NCBI RefSeq assembly: GCF_006345805.1
Contig: NC_043026.1
Coordinates: forward strand, 13,185,579-13,249,578
DNA length: 64,000 bases
Direction: 5' to 3'
Origin: Octopus sinensis
Lineage: Eukaryota
Positions within the stretch are counted from its first letter, which is position 1, and every line of letters begins with the position of its first letter. Shown one piece after another: positions 1 through 10,161 of this stretch. The notes beneath the pieces were generated by a model that saw only the letters and a list, made by a program, of their open reading frames with translations, was not told where the DNA came from and did not search any database. The translations under genes were made by a program, and so were the position numbers.

Positions 1-324
1 AATAGAGGGGACAAACAAGGGCAGACAGGACACCTCAGAGGGGACAATATATAGAACAAATATGAGATGAAGACAAGATATTTCGGCCAGTTTAAATTCT
101 AAAAGATTCAGTATTTTCTGTACCTTAAACAGTATTTTTCACACGGTCTTTTTTTTATCTTATTTCAGATTATCAGATAATATTTACGATTAAAGAATTC
201 TTTACAGTGGATACATCTTCATTATTTATCATCTTTTGAAGGCAAAAAGAAAATGTTTTACTGAACTTCTATAATTGTTTACATAAACTTGTGGATAATT
301 TATTTTCATGAGGTGAGAAAAATT

Positions 325-1086
325 ATGGAAGTTGAATTATGTGAGAAGAATGAAGAATTTAAATCACAATGTAAAACTTCTGATTTTCCTGAAGATATAA
401 AGAAAGAGGAAAAAGAAACACCTTATCACTGTGATACATGTGATAGATCATTCTCTGAGAGATGTCACCTCAATAAACACAAATGTATTCAAACGAGGGA
501 GCGACCATATCAGTGTAATAATTGTGGTAAATCATTTTCGCATAACCGTAATTTAATTGTTCACATACGTATTCATACTGGAGAGAGACCGTATCATTGT
601 GATATCTGTGACAGATCTTTCTCCACAGGAAGCAGCTTGACTAAACACACACGCATTCATACAGGAGAGAAACCATTCCACTGCGATCTCTGCGGGAAAT
701 CGTTCTCTGGCAGTAGTGACTTGACTCAACATAAGCGCTTTCATACAGGTGAAAAGCCATATCAGTGTGATATCTGTAATAAATCATTCTCGCAGAGTGG
801 ACACTTAACTGTACACAGACGTATTCATACGGGAGAAAAACCATATCAGTGTGATATCTGTAGTAAGACCTTCTCTGAAAGCAGTCCCTTAATTCAACAT
901 ACGCGTATTCATACGGGAGAGAAACCATATCACTGTGATATCTGTGGTAGATCATTCACACAAAGTACCCACCTAACTATACATAGACGTAAGCACGCAG
1001 GCAAAAAACTCTATCCTTGTGATATCTGTGGTAAATCATTCTCTCGAACTGGTCTATTGGCTCTTCATAAATTAGATTGTAATTAA
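325..1086 (+). CDS. C2H2 zinc-finger protein, gene 1 (253 aa, 8 fingers; first is H->Q degenerate, last is C2HC)
   Basis: Tandem CX2CX12HX3H with TGEKP-type linkers; first ATG at 325 in the aattATGg context shared with paralogs; upstream acceptor tatttcAG at 167-168. Confidence 0.92.
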   Translation: MEVELCEKNEEFKSQCKTSDFPEDIKKEEKETPYHCDTCDRSFSERCHLNKHKCIQTRERPYQCNNCGKSFSHNRNLIVHIRIHTGERPYHCDICDRSFSTGSSLTKHTRIHTGEKPFHCDLCGKSFSGSSDLTQHKRFHTGEKPYQCDICNKSFSQSGHLTVHRRIHTGEKPYQCDICSKTFSESSPLIQHTRIHTGEKPYHCDICGRSFTQSTHLTIHRRKHAGKKLYPCDICGKSFSRTGLLALHKLDCN

Positions 1087-1167
1087 ACAAAATTGTTTCA
1101 AGTGTGAGCATGACAGAAACTGTAATGAAATTTCAAGATGTAGTCTCTTGTGATTATCAAGAGTAAA

Positions 1168-1470
1168 GTTGAGGTACATGGCCTAGTGGTTAGAGCAGCG
1201 GACTCGCGGTCGAGGGATTGCGGGTTCGAATCTCAGACCGGGCGATGTGTGTGTTTATGAGCGAAACATCTAAGCTCCACACGGCTCTGGCAGAAGGTAA
1301 TGGCGAAACTTCTGCTGACTCTTTCGCCGCAACTTTCTCTCACTCTTTCCTCCTGCATCTTGCAGCTCACCTGCGACGGACCGGCGTCCCGTCCAGGTGG
1401 GTAACCTATACGCCAAGAAACCAGGAAACCGGCCCTTATGAGCCAGGAATGGCTCGAGACGGAACAAATA
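1168..1470 (+). mobile_element. tRNA-derived SINE with V-domain-like core (family B)
   Basis: A box TGGCCTAGTGG, B box GGTTCGAATC; core cctgcgacggaccggcgtcccgtccagg resembles V-SINE domain (from memory); other copies at 52053-52352 (+) and 44540-44775 (-). Confidence 0.7.
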
Positions 1471-1559
1471 AATAATAAAATATAACCAAGAGTAAAGGCA
1501 GTGCTCCAGCATGGCCGCAGTCAAATGACTGAAACAAGTAAAAGAGTAGGAGGATTATT

Positions 1560-2230
1560 TCTCTAATCAATATTCACCAACACAGTCCCAATTACACCAT
1601 GTAACGATTTTGTGTAGGTGGGTAGTAACAGTTATTTCTTATTTGCTTACCCCTAGAAAGTATGAAAAATGGCTAACATTTCCTTCACACTTTGCTTTTG
1701 TTATAATATTTATTCAATCCCCAGAGAATCCCTCAAAGAATCATGGCTATGATGCTCCTCCACTGCTCCTGTTCATCATCAGAGATGTACATGATATCGG
1801 CCACCAAGAGACATTCTCAGGTGGTTATGGTCAGGCAATTGACAACTAAATTTATTGTATTGAGCAGAATATTTGTAATGGAAAATAAGTCAGCTTCGAA
1901 CAACTGATGTCCAGGTCACAAAAAGTACGAAGGGGACAGTAGGGATTTCTTCGTATTTCGTACATAGAAGCAAATATGAGATAACACTTACTCACCAAAG
2001 ACAAGACAAAACATAATTTTTATTGTACAGCACTATTTATGTAACTTGTATTAAAATCTTATGTTCATATTCAATGTGTACTGTATCTTAATTGTCATTG
2101 TATAAAAGTCGGCATTTATATCATTTAATCTTCTCTTGTCTTTGAATCATTTATCTCTGAAAAATTTTTAGTCAAATAAATTGACCCCATTACTTTTCTG
2201 TTTTTTCTTACAAAAATATGGTAGACTTTT
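1560..2230. repeat. Dispersed repeat block, duplicated at 6958-8040; related pieces at 15345-15500, 34030-34322, 51690-51900
   Basis: Direct visual alignment (ctctaatcaatattcaccaacacagtccc... to ...cttataaaaatatggt). Confidence 0.75.
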
Positions 2231-3064
2231 TATCCATTATATCCATTTTCTGAGAGTTGTGAGACTACAAAGTCGATTAGCAGTGGGGAGCAGACTTATG
2301 TAGGTCTGCCTCTGTGCGTGTATGAATATACATACATATATGTGTGTGTGTGTGTGTGTGTAGTGGATCTTGCAAACATGAAGTGGATTCGATCCACCAC
2401 AGCTAAATTTAAATTAACACTGCAACCCCGGTGGAACAATGGTTTTTCTCTGACAGCAGTTTTACATTTTCCAGATGCTTTTAGCTAGGCCGAAATAATG
2501 TTTTCACCACTTGACCCATTCTAATCTCTTCTACTCCACCAAAAGCTAGAATAGAGATAACAAGACCACCAACTAAATCTATTGTTCTCAATGATATATC
2601 TATCCTTCTGGATGATTATAAAAGCAAGCACACCCCAAGCAAAAATCAGTTAGTCACAGTCGGCGACAACTCAACGAAGTCTGGCTAACCAGCTAGAACA
2701 TTGGGAGAAATGGAGTTTACTGTCAGCAACTGTGAGACAACATCCCACACATTACAACTCTCACTATCTCTAATTCTGTTCTCTTACAATATCATTCTAT
2801 CTCTCTCGGTATTTACTACTAAACACTGAAGAGGACACAAACACAAACTTTACTTCGCATGCTTTTGGATTTAACATAACCTGCCCATCGAGGCAAGGTA
2901 TTGTAACAATGGTAAATAAATATTTCCTTAAAACTTCATGCATTGTTCATTCACATCCTACAGTATGCAATTATAACAACAAATTTTTATCATTACAACT
3001 GCTGACTCTGACATTTCATTATATTGTTTACAAATCAATTTCTCCCGTTAAAAATATATATATA

Positions 3065-3312
3065 TATATTCGGAGACCCCCTTCGGTCACGACACTGACC
3101 ATGGGATTGCACCTAGAAAGTTACCCTCCTAGACACAAGTCCGGGCGAGGTTGTTTATGGAAGACCAGCAGTCGCCCATGCATACCAGCCTCCCCTCTCC
3201 ACGCCACCAGTGTAATTCCAAGGGAAAGACAAAGGTCGATACAGCTTGGCACCAGTGACGTCGCAACTCATTTCTACAGCTGAGTGAACTGGAGCAACGT
3301 GAAATAAAGATA
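3065..3312 (-). mobile_element. SINE-like element, 3' part (CORE-like family D); related piece at 24490-24635
   Basis: gcaactcatttctacagctgagtgaactggagcaacgtgaaataaag matches the reverse complement at 24490-24540. Confidence 0.55.
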
Positions 3313-3747
3313 TATATATCAGTGGCGTGCTAATCATGCACTGCCTGTCCGTTGATTTTTAAAAAATCAATTTAATAACCAAATGTATTCATAGCCACAT
3401 TGAAAAGTCATCCAAATCACTGCAAACTGAGCTAAAATAGTTACTTTGTTACAAAAGAAACCCATCTGGGTTCGATACTTCGCTGTGTCGCCCTGTTCCG
3501 CTTTCACCAGGCGTGCTTAAAGAAGAACGCATATGAATTCTCTCCCCTGCTCCACATCCTATCTTGCAATTGCTATCATTTCAATGCCTGAAAGATTATT
3601 TTTGTTTTTTTATTTCAGTAAAATAACTACAAAAGGCCTGCTTTGGCTCTCCCCCCCCCTCCCTTTATGTCAGATCTTTACTCTTTTACTCGTTTCAGTC
3701 ATTTGACTGCGGCCATGCTGGAGCACCGCCTTTAATCGAGCAACTCT

Positions 3748-4101
3748 TTACGTTCTGAGTTCAAATTCCGCCGAGGTCGACTTTGCCTTTCATCCTTTCG
3801 AGGTCGATTAAATAAATACCAGTTACGCACTGGAGTCGATGTAATCGACTTAATACCTACGTCTGTCCTTGTTTGTCCCCTCTATGTTTAGCCCCTTGTG
3901 GGCAGTAAAGAAATAGGTATTTCGTCTGCTGCTACGTTCTGAGTTCAAATTCCGCCGAGGTCGACTTTGCCTTTCATCCTTTTAGGGTCAATAAATTAAA
4001 TACCAGTTACGCACTGGGGTCGACGTAATCGACTTAATACCTATGTCTGTCCTTGTTTGTCCCCTCTGTGTTTAGCCCCTTGTGGGTAATAAAGAAATAG
4101 G
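3748..4101 (+). repeat. Two tandem 184-bp units of a Deu/Nin-like SINE body
   Basis: tacgttctgagttcaaattcc at 3749 and 3933; same unit as the 62968-64000 array. Confidence 0.85.
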
Positions 4102-4109
4102 ATAGATAG

Positions 4110-4400
4110 ATACTGCTCCTTTATAAATACGAAACAGATATCACCTCTACGCATGCGTCGTCAGTGAAGAATTTCTGCTTCTGTTTCGCAACAGGGTTTT
4201 TTTTTTATATCTCATGTTTTCTCTCATTGCAGTCGTATCACTATTTATCCTTTACAAAGCATTTCCGTAAGTATTCGATAATGAAACTATTATATCTGTT
4301 AATATTGTATGTTTTCTTCAGCACTGACTGTACTCCCTAACATGCCCCCCACTTTGAAAAAACGCAATTGAATGGTGCTCGTCAGAGATCGATATTAATT
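4110..4400 (+). promoter_or_regulatory. Putative promoter and non-coding exon 1 of gene 2 (palindrome ACGCATGCGT 4149-4158; donor GTAAGT 4267)
   Basis: Homologous module lies upstream of genes 3, 4 and 7 with the same palindrome-like motif and the same donor. Confidence 0.65.
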
Positions 4401-5557
4401 CTGCTCCACCTACTTATACACACATACAATAAATGCAGACACACACACATTAGTCAAACATATAGCCACATATACACACACACACACATACGTGTGTGTA
4501 TGATTGGTGTATGTGATCGCGGTGGTCATTTGTGCAGATTTGGTGTGATTTCTTTTTTAAAAACAATAATGAATAATGCAAGAATATATTTATTTATAAA
4601 CAGCGTAAATTAACGAAGGTATAAACCTGACGTAAATACACGAAGTTGACTACTTTCACTTCTGACAACTAAAAGCATGACAGTGCCTAACTTCTTAATT
4701 CCACCAGTGTCAATACTTATAATAGTAATTAATACTTAAAACCAAATTAATTTGGTTAATGTTTACAAGTACACAGGGGAGTAAAAATCGGCCTTTTGGT
4801 TAATGCTGACATCACCAGGTGACAAAATCGAAAAAATATATATATATAGTGGAACGTGTGTGAAAAAAAGGTGTAGGAAACGAACATCAAGGGAAAAATG
4901 CCCGGAAAGTAACGATGGGATGTCTTTGGAGAATTGACGAGATCCGATGTATTCATTCATAACTTTCAGGAAAATGAATGTTTTAAAATGAAATTTTATA
5001 TAAATACTTTACACATGGTATAGATTACGATTATAAAGAAATTTATGGGGGAACTTCTTTTCCGAGGGGGTGGGAAGAGGAATTCGGAAAATTCACAAAA
5101 TCCGATTTTTTCCCTCATAACTTTGCGGAAAAATTGGCTTTCTTTTTCATTTTATCAAATTTAAATCTTATTTATTCATTGTAGTTTTGAATTAATCATG
5201 AATTATCTCATAGCTAGAATGTTTTGATGATGTGATTGTTTATTTTTTTGGATAACATTGTAGGGTAGGTGTGAGAGGCTGGATCTGGCTGGTTTGAATA
5301 TAAACAAGTTGAAAATATTTGCACCTCTTTAAATGCTATGTTAAATATTTTCTATATCTTATACAGTATATCTCACACTATATTTTTTCATCTTATTTCA
5401 GATTAACATATAATACTTAGGATTAAAGAATTCTTTACAGTGGTTACATCTTCATAATTTATCATCATTTCAAGACAAAAAGAAATTGTTTTACGGAAGT
5501 TATATAATCGTTTACATAAATTTGTGGATAATTTATTTTAATGAGAGGAGAAAAATT

Positions 5558-6409
5558 ATGGAAATTAAATTGTGTGAGAAGAAAGATGGATTTAAAGCAA
5601 AATCTACAGCCATTGATTATCCAGATGGTTTAAAGAAAAAGGAAGAAAAAGCACGTTATCATTGTGATAGATGTGATAAATCATTCTCTGTGAAATGCCA
5701 CCTCAATAAACACAAACTTATTCATACAGGAGAGAGACCACATCGTTGCGATATCTGTGGTAAATCGTTTTCTAAAAGGCGTAATTTAATTATTCACATT
5801 CGCGTTCATACTGGAGAGAAACCGTATCATTGTGATATCTGTGATGAATCATTCTCTGCGGAACGGCGCTTCAATAAACACAAATGTTTTCATCCCGGAT
5901 GGAGACCACATCAGTGCGATATCTGTGGTAAATCATTTTCTCTTAATTGTAATTTAATTATTCACAAACGTATTCATACTGGAGAGAAACCGTATCACTG
6001 TGATGTCTGTGGCAAATCTTTCTCCGTAGGAAGCATCTTGACTAAACACAAACGTATTCATACAGGAGAGAAACCATTCCACTGCGATCTCTGTGGGAAA
6101 TCATTCTCTGGCAGTAGTGACTTAACTCAACATAAGCGCTTTCATACAGGGGATAAACCATATCAATGTGATATCTGTAGTAAATCATTCTCGCAAAGTG
6201 CACACTTGACTGTCCACAGACGTATTCATACGGGAGAAAAACCATATCAGTGTGATATCTGTGGTAAATCATTCTCTGAAAGTAGTCCCTTAACTCAGCA
6301 TAAACGTGTTCATACAGGAGAGAAACCATATCACTGTGATACCTGTGACAAATCCTTCTCTGAATTACGTAGCTTAACTAAACATAGACATATTCACACA
6401 GGGGACTAA
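5558..6409 (+). CDS. C2H2 zinc-finger protein, gene 2 (283 aa, 9 fingers)
   Basis: Nine CX2CX12HX3H units; ATG at 5558; acceptor AG at 5400-5401; AATAAA near 6875. Confidence 0.93.
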   Translation: MEIKLCEKKDGFKAKSTAIDYPDGLKKKEEKARYHCDRCDKSFSVKCHLNKHKLIHTGERPHRCDICGKSFSKRRNLIIHIRVHTGEKPYHCDICDESFSAERRFNKHKCFHPGWRPHQCDICGKSFSLNCNLIIHKRIHTGEKPYHCDVCGKSFSVGSILTKHKRIHTGEKPFHCDLCGKSFSGSSDLTQHKRFHTGDKPYQCDICSKSFSQSAHLTVHRRIHTGEKPYQCDICGKSFSESSPLTQHKRVHTGEKPYHCDTCDKSFSELRSLTKHRHIHTGD

Positions 6410-7268
6410 CGATATTTGTGTGATATCTGTGGTAAATCTTTCTCTGAAAATTGTCTTCATAAACGTGCTCATACATGAGAGAAACCCTCTCACTTTAATG
6501 TCTGTAATAAACTAGTCATAGTGACATCAAATATGGTGGGTGTGGAATGAAGAAGCGAAAATTCCTATTTTCTTTTCTCATAGAGTGACAGTTTATGAAA
6601 TGTATCTCAGACATGTTCTCAGACACTGCACTACTGTTTTCCTCTGCAAAATTGAAATAACAGCAGACCATCTGAAAAGGGAGCCCTTTGAAGTCCAGTC
6701 CTTGCTGAGCCTTTTCTATGGCAACTCTGTCTTGGTTGTGACCACATGGAAAGGTTTTTTTCTGTGGTGTGTGTGACTATTGCTCCTCCCTTTCCATCTA
6801 GTGTTCGAAACCGCGCCACATTCTTTCTCTTGCATTTTCTGATTCATTTGTTTCCTTGTAATTAAAATACGATAAATAAAATTGTTTCAAAGTTTGAAAA
6901 TGACAGAAACTCTAATATAATTTCAAGATGTCGTCTGTTCTGATTGTTAACAGTAAGATTGTTTCTCTAATCAATATTCACCAACACAGTCCCAATTACA
7001 CCATGTAACGCGATTTTGTGTTGGTGGGTAGTAACAGTTATTTCCTATTTGCTTACCCCTAGAAAGTATGAAAAATGGCTAACATTTCCTTCAAACTTTG
7101 CTTTTGTTATAATATTTATTCAATCCCCAGAGAATCCCTCTCAAAGAATCATGGCTATGATGCTCCTCCACTGCTCCTGTTCATCATCAGAGATGTACAT
7201 GATATCGGCCACCAAGAGACATTCTCAGGTGGTTATGGTCAGGCAATTGACAACTAAATTTATTGTAT

Positions 7269-7657
7269 GGCATAGGAGTGGCTGTGGTAAGTAGCTTGCT
7301 TACGAACCACATGGTTCCGGGTTCATTCCCACTGCGTGGCACTTTGGGCAAGTGTCTTCTACTATAGCCTCGGGCCGACCAAAGCCTTGTGAGTGGATTT
7401 GGTAGACGGAAACTGAAAGAAGCTCGTCCTATATATGTATATATGTATGTGTGTGTCTGTGTCTGTGTTTGTCCCCCCAAAATCGCTTGACAACCGATGC
7501 TGGTGTGTTTACGTCCCCGTAACTTAGCGGTTCGGCAAAAGAGCCCGATAGAATAAGTACTGGGCTTACAAAGAATAAGTCCCGGGGTCGACTTGCTCGA
7601 CTGAAGGTGGTGCTCCAGCATGGCCACAGTCAAGTGACTGAAACGAGTAAAAGAGTA
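7269..7657 (+). mobile_element. Composite tRNA/CORE-like SINE with internal (TA)n(TG)n (family C)
   Basis: Head ggagtggctgtggtaagtagc, ttgggcaagtgtc core, tail gaaacgagtaaaagagt; absent from the paralogous block near 1860. Confidence 0.85.
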
Positions 7658-8237
7658 TTGAGCAGAATATTTGTAATGGAAAATAAGTCAGCTTCGAACA
7701 ACTGATGTCCAGGTCACAAAAAGTACGAAGGGGACAGTAGGGATTTCTTCGTATTTCGTACATAGAAGCAAATATGAGATAACACTTACTCACCAAAGAC
7801 AAGACAAAACATAATTTTTATTGTACAGCACTATTTATGTAACTTGTATTAAAATCTTATGTTCATGTTCAATGTGTACTGTATCTTGTCATGGTATAAA
7901 AGTTGGCATTTATATCATTTAATCTATCTTTTTCTTGTCTTTCAATCTTCTGACTGTGGCCATGCTAGGGCACTGCCTTGAAAAATTTTTAGTCAAATGA
8001 ATTGACCTCAGTACTTTTCTGTTTTTTCTTATAAAAATATGGTGGACTTGTACACATACATACTGATATGCATCACAATTTGTTTTCTAAGTATCAACGT
8101 CGATTTTGTAGATATATGTGATGTGTGTCACTATGTACAGTGTGGCCCAAGGAACTGTATTCACACTTTACATGACAATTCAAATGATTCGAATTTACGC
8201 GAAGACATGTTGGGGCAAGCGAAATCGAATTGAACCA

Positions 8238-8572
8238 GCCAGGATCCCTGGTCTGGTGGTACGTAAAAAGCACTATCCGACTCGTGGCCGATGCCAGCGC
8301 CGCCTCGACTGGCTTCTGTGCCGGTGGCACATAAAATACACCAATCCGACCGTGACCATTGCCAGCCTCGCCTGGCACCTGTGCAGGTGGCACGTAAAAA
8401 GCACCCACTACACTCACGGAGTGGTTGGCGTTAGGAAGGGCATCCAGCTGTAGAAACATTGCCAGATAAGACTGGAGCCTGGTGCAGCCTTCTGGCTTCC
8501 CAGATCCCTGGTCGAACCGTCCAACCCATGCTAGCATGGAGAACGGACGTTAAACGATGATGATGATGATGA
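8238..8572 (+). mobile_element. (GAT)n-tailed SINE-like repeat with 60-bp minisatellite (family M)
   Basis: ggcacgtaaaaagcac units, ggcgttaggaagggcatccagc core, ends aaacgatgatgatg. Confidence 0.8.
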
Positions 8573-8937
8573 TGGTCAAAAGATACTCTCACTCTTTAAA
8601 TCACAATAAGTGCATTGTTTCTTGACAATGATTAATGGTTAAACACAAACTGGTAAATGCATTTTTATAAATATTTTAACTGATGACCATCACTCTCCAA
8701 ACACATTTGATACCTGTGGGATGACGTCAGCAGCTGGGTGCGTTGACCGGAAGTTGGGGCAAGCGGAAGGGGCAGCCGTGAGGCGTGCGCAGGGAGCGGG
8801 GTTTTCAGCTTTTCCAATGAGGGTCGTCGAGGTGTTAAGACGTGTGAAGACGTTGCTAAGGTTGGGTGAAGCAGCTGCTATCTTTAGCGTTCGGGTCGGG
8901 GCTGTGACGAAGGATCCGTTACCACTGAAGGGTCTCT

Positions 8938-9327
8938 GGACTGGAAGCACTCCGTTGGTTACAACAATGAGGGTTCCGGTTGATCCGAATCAACGGAACA
9001 GCCTGCTCGTGAAATTAACGTGTAAGTGGCTGAGCACTCCACAGACACGTGTACCCTTAACGTAGTTCTCGGGGATATTCAGCGTGACACAGAGAGTGAC
9101 AAGGCCGGCCCCTTGAAATACAGGTACAACAGAAACAGGAAGTAAGAGTGAGAGAAAGTTGTGGTGAAAGAGTACAGCAGGGATCACCACCATCCCCTGC
9201 CGGAGCCTCGTGGAGCTTTTAGGTGTTTTCGCTCAATAAACACTCGCAACGCAAGGTCTGGGAATCGAAACCGCGATCCTATGACTGCGAGTCCGCTGCC
9301 CTAACCACTGGGCCATTGCACCTCCAC
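8938..9327 (-). mobile_element. tRNA-derived SINE (family A) with 16-bp target-site duplication
   Basis: ccactgaagggtctct at 8922-8937 and 9324-9339; A/B boxes on minus strand; other copies at 11041-11143 and 61735-62113. Confidence 0.85.
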
Positions 9328-9384
9328 TGAAGGGTCTCTATCAGAGCGAAGAGAAGGTAGGTGCCTTTATATATCGACTATCTC

Positions 9385-9690
9385 GCAATGGTGTTCCATA
9401 CTAACATGCAGATTTTCTGGAGCTCAGTAGTTGCAATTGTGACGGTTTATTGAGCCATTTAACTTAAAACTGTCCTTTCATTTGCCCAAGAGCACTCACA
9501 AAACTCAACTCTCTGTTCAGGATCATCTTTATTTAGAGCACAGATTAATATTGGAGTGTAACATTTCCAACCAACTAACTTTAAAATGCGATGGGCTCTT
9601 GATTTTAGGATTCCCATCTCATGAGCAATTTGTCTGACAGATTTCTGTGGGGATTGTCAGAGGGTCTCCAGCAATGGTTCTTCCTTTGTG
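9385..9690 (-). mobile_element. Tc1/mariner-superfamily (maT/Tc3-like) transposase fragment
   Basis: Manual translation QSPQKSVRQIAHEMGILKSRAHRILK...DDPEQRVEFCE, then FKLNGSINRHNCNY*APEN in another frame. Confidence 0.65.
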
Positions 9691-9756
9691 GGGCTAGTTG
9701 ATGACTGTGGATTTCATGAATGTTCCTTATCGACATTATGCACGGCTCCATCTGAT

Positions 9757-10161
9757 TCAAACTTATATCCGTTCGTGGCCGTTGCCAGCCTCGCCTGGCC
9801 CCCGTGCCGGTGGCACGTAAAAAGCACCATCCATCCGTGGCCGTTTGCCAGCCTCGCCTGGGCCCCGTGCCGGTGGCACGTAAAAAGCACCATCCATCCG
9901 TGGCCGTTTGCCAGCCTCGCCTGGGTCCCGTGCCGGTGGCACGTAAAAAGCACCATCTGTCCGTGGCCGTTTGCCAGCTCCGTCTGGCACCTGTGCGGGT
10001 GGCATGTAAAAAGCACCCACTACACTCACGGAGTGGTTGGCGTTAGGAAGGGCATCCAGCCGTAGAAACACTGCCAGATCATCTGGCTTCCCAGACCCCA
10101 GTTGAACCGTCCAACCCATGCTAGCATGGAAAGCGGACGCTAAATGATGATGATGATGATG
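9757..10161 (+). mobile_element. Family M repeat with ~4 minisatellite units
   Basis: Repeated tccgtggccgtttgccagcctcgcctgg...ggcacgtaaaaagcac; (GAT)n tail. Confidence 0.8.

Noticed and set aside
289-324. ORF-track starts at 289, 5486, 13499 and 46691
   Set aside because: These are GTG/TTG starts from a prokaryote-style caller; for genes 1-3 the homologous aattATGg gives 325, 5558 and 13571, and the first ATG of gene 6 is 46658.
553-955. Antisense ORFs over the ZNF genes (also 6042-6329, 14055-14342, 23159-23446, 36808-37238, 45857-46564, 55635-56117)
   Set aside because: By-product of repetitive finger codons; same MIYHRYH/MVSLLYE pattern opposite every finger array, no independent signal.
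1168-1250. tRNA-like sequences at SINE heads
   Set aside because: Have A/B boxes but no complete cloverleaf or acceptor stem, and run straight into SINE bodies.
8905-8940. LTR end plus primer-binding site (ttcag-TGGTAACGG on minus)
   Set aside because: No tRNA 3' end I can match and no second LTR.
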